Shown here in pieces: positions 38,126 to 48,406 of a stretch of DNA of 64,000 nucleotides; position 1 is the stretch's first letter, and the number at the start of each line of letters is the position of its first letter. The position numbers and the translations under genes were made by a program. The stretch is taken from assembly GCA_963663125.2 (NCBI GenBank), contig CAXXNW010000001.1, positions 253,497 through 317,496 on the forward strand, written 5' to 3'. The DNA comes from Bacteroidales bacterium. GTDB lineage: Bacteria > Bacteroidota > Bacteroidia > Bacteroidales > Cfx3-03. The notes beneath the pieces are model-generated. The model was given only the letters and a program-made list of their open reading frames with translations, was not told the origin of the DNA and ran no database searches.

Positions 38126-39205
38126 CTACCTTTTTACTCTGGCATTTCCATTCCAGATGCTCCAAACCATTTCTTCATCGGCAGGTTGAGCATAGTCTGT
38201 CTGTAATGTTGTTGCCAGCGCTCCGGTAGCCCATCCGAATTGTGACCACTTTTCGGGGTCCCATCCTTTCAGGATACCATACAGCATGCCGCCTACAAAA
38301 CCATCACCACCTCCGATACGATCGAGTACGTGTATTGCTTTGGGTTCAATTACATGCCAGTTATTGCCTTCAAGCATAATGGCGCCCCAAAGGTGTTCGT
38401 TTGTGTTGACAACCTGTCTGAGTGTAGTTGCAAAGACTGAAGCATTGGGGAATGCCACCTTTACACGATGAATCATCCCTTTGAATCCATCTATTTTAGA
38501 TTGAATGCCGTTGCCCCCTGCTTCAGGACCTTCGATGCCCAAGCATAGTTGAAAATCTTCTTCATTTCCGATGAGAATATCGGAAATGGAAGCTATCTCG
38601 GTAAAGATATTGCGTAATTCAACTTCGCGACCCTTCCAGAATGAAGCGCGATAATTAAGATCAAAAGAAATACGGGTGCCGTATTTCTTTGCAAAACGGG
38701 CTATTTCCAGGCAAAAATTGCTGGTTTCGGAAGACAGGGCTCCGACTAATCCGGAAAGATGTACAATCTGAACACCTTCTTTTCCGAAGATTCGTTCCAA
38801 ATCAAAGTCTTTCGCATTCAACGTAAGACCCACTTCACCTGCACGGTCGTTTTGTACACGTGGTCCGCGTGCACCATAACCACTATCTGCAATATTGAAC
38901 TGATGACGATAGCCCCAAGGGTTGCCCTGTGGGACTTCGGGTCCTTCGTATGTCATGTGGCGGCTAAGAAGGTTACTCTTGATAAATTGAGCAATAGGAC
39001 TGTCTTTCACGAAAGTAGTCAATACCTTAACAGGCAGTCCCAAAAAAGATGCGACACTTGCGACATTGGTTTCGGCGCTGGTTGCCTGCATCTTGAATGT
39101 ATCGCTGGCATAAACGGGTTGTCCGTTAAGAGGCGTAATTCGCACCCCCATACTGGTTGGGACCAGTAATGAATAAGCAAAATCTTTTTTAAGTGGTAAG
39201 CTCAT
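38126..39205 (-). CDS. PfkB-family sugar(-acid) kinase
   Basis: 'GGGDGFVGG' ATP/anion-hole motif near the C-terminus. Confidence 0.75.
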   Translation of the reverse strand: MSLPLKKDFAYSLLVPTSMGVRITPLNGQPVYASDTFKMQATSAETNVASVASFLGLPVKVLTTFVKDSPIAQFIKSNLLSRHMTYEGPEVPQGNPWGYRHQFNIADSGYGARGPRVQNDRAGEVGLTLNAKDFDLERIFGKEGVQIVHLSGLVGALSSETSNFCLEIARFAKKYGTRISFDLNYRASFWKGREVELRNIFTEIASISDILIGNEEDFQLCLGIEGPEAGGNGIQSKIDGFKGMIHRVKVAFPNASVFATTLRQVVNTNEHLWGAIMLEGNNWHVIEPKAIHVLDRIGGGDGFVGGMLYGILKGWDPEKWSQFGWATGALATTLQTDYAQPADEEMVWSIWNGNARVKR

Positions 39206-39266
39206 ATCATTAATAAATTAGTCGATAAAAATTTGTACGGTTATTTGTATTGCTTGGTTTGTTAAA

Positions 39267-40118
39267 CTAAACACCGCTATATGCATTAAATCCACCATCA
39301 ATAGGAATGACAACACCTGTGACAAATGACGATATGTCTGAAAGCAAATAGAGCGCTGCGCCCTGAAGATCTTCCGGATCACCAAATTTACCCATGGGGG
39401 TACTACTGACAATTTTATTGCCACGTGCCGAGTAACCGCCATTCTTTTCGTCCAATACAAGGAAACGATTCTGGTCGGAGATGAAGAAACCGGGAGCAAT
39501 AGCATTCACTCTGATTCCCACTTTAGCCAAATGGACGGCAGACCATTCGGTGAAATTATTAACGGCAGCTTTTGCGGCTGAATAAGCAGGAATTTTGGTT
39601 AATGGATGATACGAGTTCATAGAAGAGACATTTAATACAACGCCCTTTTTCTTTGCAAGCATATCACGAGTTAATATCATGGTAGGAATGATCGTACCAT
39701 TAAAGTTAAGTGCAAATACTTTTTCGAAACCTTCCATTTCAAGTCCATAGAAAGTTTTTTCCAAATGATCAAGATCGGCTTCTTCAATTTGTTCTACCTG
39801 TGTAGTTGCCAGAGGAGAATTACCACCGGCACAGTTGATAAGCAGTTCGATAGGTCCAAGTTTTTCATTAATCACGGTCTTGGCGGCTTCAATAGAGGCT
39901 TTATCCAAAACATCTCCTTTAACCCCTATCACTTCGGCTTTATACGCTTTAGATATTTCGGCTGCAACTTTTTGGGCAGCCTCTTCATTCCGACCAATGA
40001 TAGCAACCTTCGTGCCAACAGATGCGAGCGCTTTTACAATAGCACTGCCAATGACTCCATATCCGCCGGTAATCACACAAACCTTACCTTTAAGGTCGTC
40101 GAATGAGATTTTTTCCAT
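39267..40118 (-). CDS. SDR-family oxidoreductase (UxuB-like sugar-acid reductase type)
   Basis: 'TGGYGVIGSA' (TGxxxGxG) and 'YSAAK' (YxxxK). Confidence 0.85.
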   Translation of the reverse strand: MEKISFDDLKGKVCVITGGYGVIGSAIVKALASVGTKVAIIGRNEEAAQKVAAEISKAYKAEVIGVKGDVLDKASIEAAKTVINEKLGPIELLINCAGGNSPLATTQVEQIEEADLDHLEKTFYGLEMEGFEKVFALNFNGTIIPTMILTRDMLAKKKGVVLNVSSMNSYHPLTKIPAYSAAKAAVNNFTEWSAVHLAKVGIRVNAIAPGFFISDQNRFLVLDEKNGGYSARGNKIVSSTPMGKFGDPEDLQGAALYLLSDISSFVTGVVIPIDGGFNAYSGV

Positions 40119-40564
40119 TTTATTATTTTTTATATTGTTTATAGTTATATGATAAATTAAGTACCTGACTAAAAGAATGACGAATAATATTCAATATTTT
40201 CCTTTGCATCAATATCATTGGGTGTATGGAGGCAGTGGCACTCCCGCTGTTTTTTACACTTCAGCTTTTATTTTTCGATTTAAGAATCAGTGTAACAAAG
40301 CTAATAAAAAATTACGATGCTATAGCAAAAAAATAAACAACCGATTGCATTATTTTCAATTCATCCATATTTCGGGTCTATTCAACAACAAGAAATCTCA
40401 TCAGAAAAACATTCGAATCATGAACATGCATCCGACATTTCATATTGCAGGGGTACTTGTCCTCAATCATTCACCATTTGCAAATTTAAGAGCAGTATCA
40501 TATGCTACATAATAGATAAAGAAATATTTAAGAATTTTTAGTGCTTTTGAAATATTTATATCTA

Positions 40565-40614
40565 TTAGTATCCTGATAACAAATTACATTAGCAACTTGT
40601 TATCAGGGTACTAA
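40565..40614. promoter_or_regulatory. inverted repeat with 18-bp arms (1 mismatch) and a 14-nt spacer
   Basis: ttagtatcctgataacaa (40565-82) and ttgttatcagggtactaa (40597-614). It lies upstream of the SDR-kinase-LarA-pdxB gene string. Confidence 0.4.
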
Positions 40615-40674
40615 TGACACTACAATACAGTATATGACACGTTTATTTTATTCAATCTGTAACCTAAACAACTA

Positions 40675-40723
40675 CATCAAAAAAGGACGTCCTCTAATAT
40701 ATATAGGGCGTCCTTTTTTGATG
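40675..40723. terminator. strong bidirectional terminator downstream of nfeD
   Basis: catcaaaaaaggacg ... cgtccttttttgatg. Confidence 0.7.
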
Positions 40724-40758
40724 TAGATAAATATTCAATCGACAGGGAGAGACTTTTT

Positions 40759-41220
40759 TCAGGCTTCCTTGCTCTTTGCTACGGTGACATAGACTTTTAT
40801 TCCATCCATGTGGTGAATATAAGCCTGCATACCTGCCTTAAGTTCTACCTCATCAATATTGATGGCTATCCACTCTGATCCGCGATAGCTAATCCGACCC
40901 TCACCATGCAAGGGAATATCTTTTACCACTACAACCGGATCGCCAACAAATTCCACATAGGATTTTCGCCCACCTTCTTTACGGGTAAACTTGTTTTTCA
41001 GCCATTTGCGAAGAGTGACCAACAAGATGAGTGACGAAACGCCAAAGAATACCATTTGCCAAGCCGTTGTAGGTAATAGGCCTACCCACGCAAACAGTGC
41101 AGTTAGTAGCGCTGCCACACCCAAAAAGAGAAAGAAGAAAGAAAAGCTGGTAACCTCCACGATCAGCAAGATCAACCCCAATGCCATCCAGAGCTGAGGA
41201 TCACTTAATAACTTCAGCAT
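40759..41220 (-). CDS. NfeD-family membrane protein
   Basis: 153 aa with N-terminal TM helices and a C-terminal OB-like soluble domain. It is paired with an SPFH gene. Confidence 0.8.
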   Translation of the reverse strand: MLKLLSDPQLWMALGLILLIVEVTSFSFFFLFLGVAALLTALFAWVGLLPTTAWQMVFFGVSSLILLVTLRKWLKNKFTRKEGGRKSYVEFVGDPVVVVKDIPLHGEGRISYRGSEWIAINIDEVELKAGMQAYIHHMDGIKVYVTVAKSKEA

Positions 41221-41294
41221 AATGTGTTTGTATTAAACATAATTAATTCACTAATAAAATATCGGGCAATGACAGAATATCATCTCAAAAAAGA

Positions 41295-42212
41295 TTATTT
41301 CTGAGCTTTAATCACCGTTAAAGCAGCCGAGATCATCGAACCCATTTCACCGAAGTTGGCAGGTAAAATAAGCGTATTGGTTTGCTTTGCAAGGTTTCCG
41401 AATTGCTCTATATATTTTTCTGCTATACGTAATTGAACAGCATCAAATCCGCCCTGTTGGTTAATGGCTTCTGCCAGAACTTTAAGTCCTTCGGAGGTAG
41501 CAATGGCAACAGCCTTAATGGCTTCTGCCTGACCACTCGCTTCATTGATCTGACGTAACTTGACACCTTCCGATTCGAGGACCACCTTCTGCTTAAAGCC
41601 TTCAGCTATATTAATAGCACTCTGCTTTTCGCCTTCCGACTGCAAAATCTTGGCACGTTTTTCACGTTCAGCCTGCATCTGTTTTTCCATAGCATGCAAA
41701 ACACTTTGCGGAGGATTGATATTCTTTATCTCATAACGAAGCACTTTGACGCCCCAATGGATAGCAGCCTCATCAATAGACTGTACTACGGCATGATTTA
41801 TCGTCATACGTTCTTCAAATGTACGATCGAGTTCAATCTTTCCAATCTCACTACGCATCGTAGTTTGAGCCAACTGGTTTACGGCAAAAACATAATTGTT
41901 AATTCCATAAACAGCCTTTTGAGGATCGATAACCTGAAGAAAGACAACGCCATCAACCTGTACCTGCACGTTATCATTGGTGATACACACCTGCTCAGGA
42001 ATATCATAAGCCTGTTCTTTTAAACTCATCTTGTAGGCTATACGATCGAAGAACGGGATAATAAAGTTGATACCCGGCTTCAGTACAGAGTGGAACCGAC
42101 CAAAACGTTCCAAAATAAGAGCGGTTTGTTGAGGCACCACTTTTACGGATGCTGATATAATAATAATTGCCAAAAAGGCAAAAACAAGAGTGGTAATTAA
42201 TGACGGTGTCAT
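41295..42212 (-). CDS. SPFH/band-7 (stomatin-like) protein
   Basis: 305 aa with an N-terminal TM anchor and typical SPFH core conservation. Confidence 0.9.
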   Translation of the reverse strand: MTPSLITTLVFAFLAIIIISASVKVVPQQTALILERFGRFHSVLKPGINFIIPFFDRIAYKMSLKEQAYDIPEQVCITNDNVQVQVDGVVFLQVIDPQKAVYGINNYVFAVNQLAQTTMRSEIGKIELDRTFEERMTINHAVVQSIDEAAIHWGVKVLRYEIKNINPPQSVLHAMEKQMQAEREKRAKILQSEGEKQSAINIAEGFKQKVVLESEGVKLRQINEASGQAEAIKAVAIATSEGLKVLAEAINQQGGFDAVQLRIAEKYIEQFGNLAKQTNTLILPANFGEMGSMISAALTVIKAQK

Positions 42213-42317
42213 TTTTTTTAAGTATTTAAGGGTTACAGAATTAATTTAAGACTGTTTTTACTGAACATAAAATTACATATAAAAGCAGTCGTTTAATTAA
42301 TTATTTCCGAATTAATC

Positions 42318-42354
42318 AAAAAAATAAAGCCGTGGAGGAAATCCCCCCACGGCT
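42318..42354 (-). terminator. intrinsic terminator downstream of the MFS gene (minus strand)
   Basis: gccgtgg (42329-35) pairs with ccacggc (42347-53), with a T-run on the minus strand. A second 14-bp-stem hairpin lies at 42425-42464. Confidence 0.6.
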
Positions 42355-42505
42355 AAAATCATACTGATTTTAATTTGCTTTCACCATCAAGCTTTTATCA
42401 ACGGATTGAACCTATCTTATGAGGACGAAAGTTTATAATAAATAATGTATTTATAAACTTTCGTTGTCTTCAATATGGAATTTTATATCAAATAAATCGA
42501 ATGGT

Positions 42506-43963
42506 TTATAAATCAGTGATCGGACTGTGTTTAGGAACCAATACTTTCATGATAATCCAAGCGATTAAGTAAGCAAAACCACAAAATCCGAAGATAATAG
42601 CATAGGCTGATTGAACAGATCCCTGAACAACCATGTTAGCTGCATCACCGACAAGATTCTGTGCAGCAGCAGCGGCTTCGCCAACAGCTTTAAAATGATC
42701 CGTTAAACGGCCTGCAAATATCTGTACCAATACACCTCCGACACCACCTGCCAATCCACCGATTCCGGTTACGGAACCAACCGTCTTCTTGGGAAACATA
42801 TCAGAAACGGTAGTGAAAAGATTGGCCGACCATGCCTGATGGGCGGCGGCACCAATGCAGACAACAATTAATGCCAGAATATATGCATTACCGCCAAAGC
42901 GGGAAACATTACCAAAGTAAGGAGTTAACAATAACGCCAAAGGAAGAATGGCTATAATCAACATCGCTGTCATACGCGCCTTATAGGCTTCCATCCCTTT
43001 ATTCATAAAGAACATCGAGAATCCACCACCCGAAACACTTCCGACAATAGCTATACCATAAACGATAAACAACGGAATCATGATAGACTGACCAACCATA
43101 TTAAACTGTTGTTTCATAAAGTCGGGCAACCAGAATAACAGGAACCACCAAATACCATCAGTCATAAATTTTCCGATGACAAAAGACCATGTCTGACGAT
43201 ATCCTAACAATTTATACCATTTGACTTTGTCGGTGTTCGTTTCGATGACATCACCATTGGCTGCATAATCATCACTATTTATGTAATTGAATTCGGTTTT
43301 TGATAAACGTTTTTGCTTAGCAGGCGTTTCATAAAGCCAGAACCAAAAGATCAACCAAATAAGACCTATTACGCCGGTAATAATGAAAGCCATCTGCCAT
43401 CCTGCAATAGCTCCTCCAAACCAAGTTCTAAGGATTGACTGACCGTCTACGGTATAATAAACGATTAATGGAACAATGATCGAGGCGAGCATCGCTCCTA
43501 CATTGGAACCCGAGTTAAAAATTCCGGTTGCTAAAGCACGCTCTTTCTTAGGGAACCATTCGGCAATTGTTTTAATAGAAGACGGGAAGTTTCCTGCTTC
43601 ACCAATACCAAACAGCGAACGAATTACGGCATGAACAGCGGCCAGACTGCCTGCAAAGGCATTTAAGATGCCAAAGAGGGACCAGACGATCAACGATAAA
43701 GCCAAACCTAATTTGGTTCCGATTTTATCTACAATAAATCCGGCAAAGAAAGTAACAAGGGCATAAAAAGCAGTAAAGCAAGAGGTGACAAGGGCAAAAT
43801 CCGTATTTGTCCATCCCAGACCGCCCTCTCCGGTCGGCAGTGAGAATAATGGTTTCAGGTAACCTATTACCTGACGATCCATATAGTTAATTGTGGTGGC
43901 GAAGAATAGCAACGCAACTATCGTCCAGCGATACCGGCCAATCTTCTGGGTAACATTTTCCAT
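42506..43963 (-). CDS. MFS sugar-acid transporter (ExuT/hexuronate-type)
   Basis: 485 aa with 12 TM segments. The N-terminal 'RWTIVALLFFATTINYMDRQVIG' is typical of this subfamily. Confidence 0.75.
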   Translation of the reverse strand: MENVTQKIGRYRWTIVALLFFATTINYMDRQVIGYLKPLFSLPTGEGGLGWTNTDFALVTSCFTAFYALVTFFAGFIVDKIGTKLGLALSLIVWSLFGILNAFAGSLAAVHAVIRSLFGIGEAGNFPSSIKTIAEWFPKKERALATGIFNSGSNVGAMLASIIVPLIVYYTVDGQSILRTWFGGAIAGWQMAFIITGVIGLIWLIFWFWLYETPAKQKRLSKTEFNYINSDDYAANGDVIETNTDKVKWYKLLGYRQTWSFVIGKFMTDGIWWFLLFWLPDFMKQQFNMVGQSIMIPLFIVYGIAIVGSVSGGGFSMFFMNKGMEAYKARMTAMLIIAILPLALLLTPYFGNVSRFGGNAYILALIVVCIGAAAHQAWSANLFTTVSDMFPKKTVGSVTGIGGLAGGVGGVLVQIFAGRLTDHFKAVGEAAAAAQNLVGDAANMVVQGSVQSAYAIIFGFCGFAYLIAWIIMKVLVPKHSPITDL

Positions 43964-43987
43964 AATAAATCAGATTAGAGCGTGAAG

Positions 43988-44677
43988 TTATATTTTTACA
44001 GGATAAGTTTGTCGAAGTTTCTGAACAATAGCCATGGCATTCCGCACATTTTCTTCTAGTTTAACATAATCATTGTTCTTGATTATTTCTTTAGAAATCA
44101 ACTGAGAGCCCATACCAACACAAGTAACTCCCGCTTTAAACCACTCCGTTAAATTTGCTTCGGTTGGTTCTACTCCACCGGTAGGCATGATACTGGTCCA
44201 TGGCATAGGGCCCTTCACTGCCGCAACAAATTTCGGTCCTCCAACCTGTGATCCTGGAAATATCTTAACGATTTCAACACCTAACGACTCTGCTCTCGAT
44301 ATTTCTGTAACAGATCCGCAACCGGGCGACCATAATATTTTTCTTCTGTTAACAACCGGGGCAATATCTTCATTCAACAAAGGAGAAACAATAAAATCCG
44401 AACCCATTTGAATATACAATGCGGCTGTAGGTGCATCAATAATAGAACCGGCGCCAAGAATAAGTTCCGGACACTCAACAGCTACCCACTTCTTCAGTAC
44501 AGAAAACGTTTCATGGGCGAAATCGCCTCTGTTAGTAAACTCAAAGACGCGCACCCCGGCACGATAGCAGGCAATAATAACCTTCTTGCAGGTATCAACA
44601 TCTTTGTGAAAAAATACGGGCACCATTCCGGTCTCAGCCATCTTGGTTGCCACTTGTATCCTTGTAAACCTTGCCAT
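43988..44677 (-). CDS. eda: KDPG / 4-hydroxy-2-oxoglutarate aldolase
   Basis: 229 aa in the Eda family, located between kdgK and the transporter. Confidence 0.85.
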   Translation of the reverse strand: MARFTRIQVATKMAETGMVPVFFHKDVDTCKKVIIACYRAGVRVFEFTNRGDFAHETFSVLKKWVAVECPELILGAGSIIDAPTAALYIQMGSDFIVSPLLNEDIAPVVNRRKILWSPGCGSVTEISRAESLGVEIVKIFPGSQVGGPKFVAAVKGPMPWTSIMPTGGVEPTEANLTEWFKAGVTCVGMGSQLISKEIIKNNDYVKLEENVRNAMAIVQKLRQTYPVKI

Positions 44678-44731
44678 ATCCTATTATTTATGTTTTTTAG
44701 TTTCGTTTATTTTGCAATGATATTGTAGTTA

Positions 44732-45769
44732 TTATCTGGAAACGCGTCCTGAAGCATCTCCACTCATCAGGGTTTCAACCTCGCTAACGGTAGCCAGATT
44801 ATAATCACCATAAATTGTATGTTTCAAACATGAAGCAGCAACAGCAAAATTTAATGCCTTTTGATCATTACCCGGATAGGTAATTAAACCGTAGATTAAT
44901 CCGCCCATAAAACTATCGCCACCACCAACGCGATCAACAATATGTGTAATGTCATAGGTTGGAGCCTGGAATAATTTTGAACCGTCATATAAAACGCCTG
45001 ACCAGGTGTTGTGATTTGCACTGATAGATCCACGCAAGGTTATAATCACTTTCTTTGCCCTTGGAAAACGCTCCATTAACTGTGTACAAACCGACTCGTA
45101 AGCGGCAGCATCAACATGCCCACTCGTCACATCCACACCCTGTGGATGAATACCGAATACTTTTTCGGCATCTTCTTCATTTCCTAAAATGATATCACAA
45201 CCGGCAACAAGCTCCGGCATTACTTCTGATGCGGTTTTACCCCATTTCCATAAATTCTTACGAAAGTTCAAGTCGGTCGAAACAGTTATTCCTTTGCGGT
45301 TTGCTATCTCAATAGCCTCTTTACATGCTAAAGCGGCACCTTCAGATATTGCCGGAGTAATACCGGTCCAATGAAACCATGTAGCATCTTCAAATACCGC
45401 ATCCCAATCAACCATTCCCGGTTTAATTTCTGCGATAGCTGAATTTGCACGATCATAAATAACCTTGCTTGAGCGTGCCACAGCACCTGTCTCAAGAAAA
45501 TAAATTCCGATCCGATCGCCACCAATAAGGATATGATCTGTACCAACATTATATTTACGGAGGTCCATTAAACACGATTGTGCTATATCATTCTTTGGCA
45601 AACGGGTAACAAAATCTGCCTTGATGCCATAATTAGCTAATGAGACCGCCACATTTGCCTCTCCACCTCCGAAGGTAGCATTAAACTGACGTGATTGACT
45701 AAAGCGTTCGAAGCCTGGCGCGGCCAGTCTTAACATAATTTCTCCGAATGTTACTACTTTTTTGTTCAT
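44732..45769 (-). CDS. kdgK: 2-dehydro-3-deoxygluconokinase
   Basis: PfkB family with 'GGGDSFMGG', adjacent to eda. Confidence 0.85.
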   Translation of the reverse strand: MNKKVVTFGEIMLRLAAPGFERFSQSRQFNATFGGGEANVAVSLANYGIKADFVTRLPKNDIAQSCLMDLRKYNVGTDHILIGGDRIGIYFLETGAVARSSKVIYDRANSAIAEIKPGMVDWDAVFEDATWFHWTGITPAISEGAALACKEAIEIANRKGITVSTDLNFRKNLWKWGKTASEVMPELVAGCDIILGNEEDAEKVFGIHPQGVDVTSGHVDAAAYESVCTQLMERFPRAKKVIITLRGSISANHNTWSGVLYDGSKLFQAPTYDITHIVDRVGGGDSFMGGLIYGLITYPGNDQKALNFAVAASCLKHTIYGDYNLATVSEVETLMSGDASGRVSR

Positions 45770-46010
45770 GTACTTTTATATTTCTGAAATCAAAATTACT
45801 TACAATAATATTGCAAAACAAAACATCACCTTATGTCAAAAAACGCCCTTCTTACTAGTTTCCTTTACATAAAACCGTTTCCGAGCGAATTTCCTCTAAA
45901 TACCTTTATGCAATAGGTTTTTTATGAATGTAGATGAAATCGATTGCGCAAATTTAAATTTTTTTCAATGCATAAGCACAATCATTTAAAAAAAATCATG
46001 AATTATTTTA

Positions 46011-46955
46011 TTATTCGATTTTCGTCCGGCTGAGTTTAGCTCCTAAGATACTAGCATTTAACTCGAAACCTATCAATATAACCAAGGCGTTGAAGTTAAT
46101 CCAGATCATTACAATCATCAATGTTCCGATAGAACCGTAAAGTGTATTATATTTTGAAAAATTATTGACATAAAAATTGAATCCGATAGAAGCAGCAATT
46201 GTTAAAATGGTAGAGAGCATGGAACCGGCAGAGATAAAACGAAACTTATTTTTTCCGGCAGGCGCCAGATAATAGAGAAAGGAATAGGCAAAAAGGAACA
46301 TGCCCAAAATAATAAGCCACCTGACACCAGAAAGAAGGTAGAGGATAAACTCGTTATGCAAAAAGCCGTATTTGACCAATAATCGCATTGCCGGAGGACC
46401 TAATGTTATCAAACTGATAGCAATAATAATGATGAACGAAATGATGACAACCAATAAACCGGAGATCATACGTTGAATGTATGCCGGGCGTGTTTCGATC
46501 TGATGGATACTTTGGTTGAAGGCTTCAATCAAACTATTGATGCCATTTGTAGAAAAGTAAAGTGCCAAAATAAAACCGAGAGAGAGTAATCCTCCCCGGG
46601 GACGTTTGATAATATCAAATAAAGTGGCCTCAACAGATTTAAAGATCCCTTCGGGAATAATATCGCGCATCAAGCCAAGTAGTGTATCCTGAAAATGGGG
46701 AATCGGGATATAAGGGATAATAGTAAAAAAGAAAATGATAGCCGGGAAGAGTGAAAGAAAGAAGTTGAATGAAAAAGCGGAAGCTCTTTGGTTTATTGAG
46801 CCTTTCTGCAACGCCCTCCAAAAAAAAACGGTAACATCATACAAAGGAATACCATCGAAGCCGGGCAGTACAATCAGTCTGGAACGGCTAATTGTTTTCG
46901 ATACCAACCGATTCTCGAGTATTCTTGTAACTGCCCGTTCTTTAAATGTCGTCAT
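46011..46955 (-). CDS. YihY/BrkB-family membrane protein
   Basis: 314 aa with 6 TM segments and family-typical N-terminal conservation. Confidence 0.8.
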   Translation of the reverse strand: MTTFKERAVTRILENRLVSKTISRSRLIVLPGFDGIPLYDVTVFFWRALQKGSINQRASAFSFNFFLSLFPAIIFFFTIIPYIPIPHFQDTLLGLMRDIIPEGIFKSVEATLFDIIKRPRGGLLSLGFILALYFSTNGINSLIEAFNQSIHQIETRPAYIQRMISGLLVVIISFIIIIAISLITLGPPAMRLLVKYGFLHNEFILYLLSGVRWLIILGMFLFAYSFLYYLAPAGKNKFRFISAGSMLSTILTIAASIGFNFYVNNFSKYNTLYGSIGTLMIVMIWINFNALVILIGFELNASILGAKLSRTKIE

Positions 46956-46958
46956 TGT

Positions 46959-47798
46959 TTATGATGAAATTGCCTTCAAACTCATATCCAAACTTTTGAT
47001 ATGATGAGTTAAAGCTCCCACAGAGATATAATCAACACCGGTTAAAGCATATTCGCGTAGATTATCAATCGTAATACCTCCTGAGGCTTCCGTTTTATAT
47101 TGCCCGCCAATCATTTGAACGGCTTCATTCATTAATGCGGGGGCAAAGTTATCAAGCATAATTATATCTACGCCTCCTATCCTCATGATCTCTTGTACAT
47201 CATTAAGCGTTCTGGCTTCAATCTCAATCTTCAGGTTCAGCTTATTTTTAGCCAGATACAGCTTGACGGCTGTTATAGCCTGTTCTATTCCTCCAGCGAA
47301 GTCGATATGGTTATCTTTTATCAAAATCATATCATAGAGCCCGAAACGATGGTTTTCACCACCACCCGTTTTAACAGCATATTTCTCAAATACACGCATC
47401 AAAGGAGTAGTCTTGCGGGTATCCAGCAAACGGGTATTCGTACCTTCCAATTGCTTAACATATTGACCGGTGACGGTAGCAATGCCGCTCATCCGTTGCA
47501 TAAAATTCAGTACCAGCCTTTCAGCGGTAAGCATAGAGATAGACGAGCCCTCTACTATAAAAGCGATATCCCCGTATTTTACGGCATCTCCATCACTTAA
47601 AAGCCGGGTGACTTTAAGCGTCGGATCGACCTTTTCGAATACTTTAACGGCTACATCCATTCCACAAAGGACTCCATCCTCCTTGATGATTAAACGCGAC
47701 TTACCACATGCTGTTTTGGGAATAGCAGAAAGAGAGGTGTGGTCACCTGTGCCGATATCTTCTTGTAAGGCGGCTTCAATAATTTGATCGATAGTCAT
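46959..47798 (-). CDS. nadC: nicotinate-nucleotide pyrophosphorylase (carboxylating)
   Basis: 279 aa with QPRTase conservation throughout. Confidence 0.9.
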   Translation of the reverse strand: MTIDQIIEAALQEDIGTGDHTSLSAIPKTACGKSRLIIKEDGVLCGMDVAVKVFEKVDPTLKVTRLLSDGDAVKYGDIAFIVEGSSISMLTAERLVLNFMQRMSGIATVTGQYVKQLEGTNTRLLDTRKTTPLMRVFEKYAVKTGGGENHRFGLYDMILIKDNHIDFAGGIEQAITAVKLYLAKNKLNLKIEIEARTLNDVQEIMRIGGVDIIMLDNFAPALMNEAVQMIGGQYKTEASGGITIDNLREYALTGVDYISVGALTHHIKSLDMSLKAISS

Positions 47799-47808
47799 AT
47801 AATAGAAA

Positions 47809-48210
47809 TTAATCCTTCTCTAATTGTAGTTGACGAATTACGAATTTACCTCCACTGTTTTTAAGAAGTATGTAGGCGCGGTAATTCTGATTAGCTGTAC
47901 GGCAAGTGCCAATAGCATAGCGAGATCCATCATTAGATGTTCCCTGATGGTTAATAATAAAACTTTTAGGATGGTTCTTACTGAAAAAATCTTTCAAAAT
48001 CATCTCTGCTTGTTGCCTACTGTAAGTTCCCTCATTTTCCGGAAGAATCACATCGAGCGATGAAGCAAAATAAAATCCCAGTTGAGAGGCATCACCTTCA
48101 CGAAAAGCCTTTCCAATGTTATCGAATATTACTTTAGACTGCTCCTCACTCTGCGCCTGAGCCTGAAAGACAGAAAAGACTGTTAGCAGAATGAATATGA
48201 TTTTTTTCAT
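47809..48210 (-). CDS. secreted DUF4783-like protein
   Basis: The signal peptide begins at MKKIIFILL. This small protein commonly sits next to nadC in Bacteroidota (from memory). Confidence 0.55.
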   Translation of the reverse strand: MKKIIFILLTVFSVFQAQAQSEEQSKVIFDNIGKAFREGDASQLGFYFASSLDVILPENEGTYSRQQAEMILKDFFSKNHPKSFIINHQGTSNDGSRYAIGTCRTANQNYRAYILLKNSGGKFVIRQLQLEKD

Positions 48211-48406
48211 GTTCTCTTTTTTAATCATTTTCTATCAAAAACCGAACCAAATTAGAAAATTCTTATACATATGATTCCAAAAGGAGCCACACAAATGTTC
48301 TAACCTTACAGTATTCAATTGCTATTACAAAAATAACTTAATTTGCACTTATTCTTTTCCAAAAAAGAAAAGAAATCCATTTTTAACCATTGAAAGATTT
48401 TTCAAA

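Noticed and set aside
39218-39505. 95-aa minus-strand ORF overlapping the 3' end of the SDR gene in another frame.
   Set aside because: The SDR frame carries the family motifs through this region. The alternative frame has no features.
40177-40512. 111-aa plus-strand ORF in the intergenic region upstream of the SDR gene.
   Set aside because: It is low-complexity and AT-rich with no recognisable domain, and it diverges from a likely promoter region. It is more likely non-coding, and I could not support it.
42425-42464. 14-bp-stem hairpin (acgaaagtttataa...ttataaactttcgt) just after the ExuT-like gene. I considered it as a regulatory element.
   Set aside because: Its position immediately 3' of the stop codon, with a second T-run terminator nearby, makes a transcript-end or stabiliser hairpin the simplest explanation.
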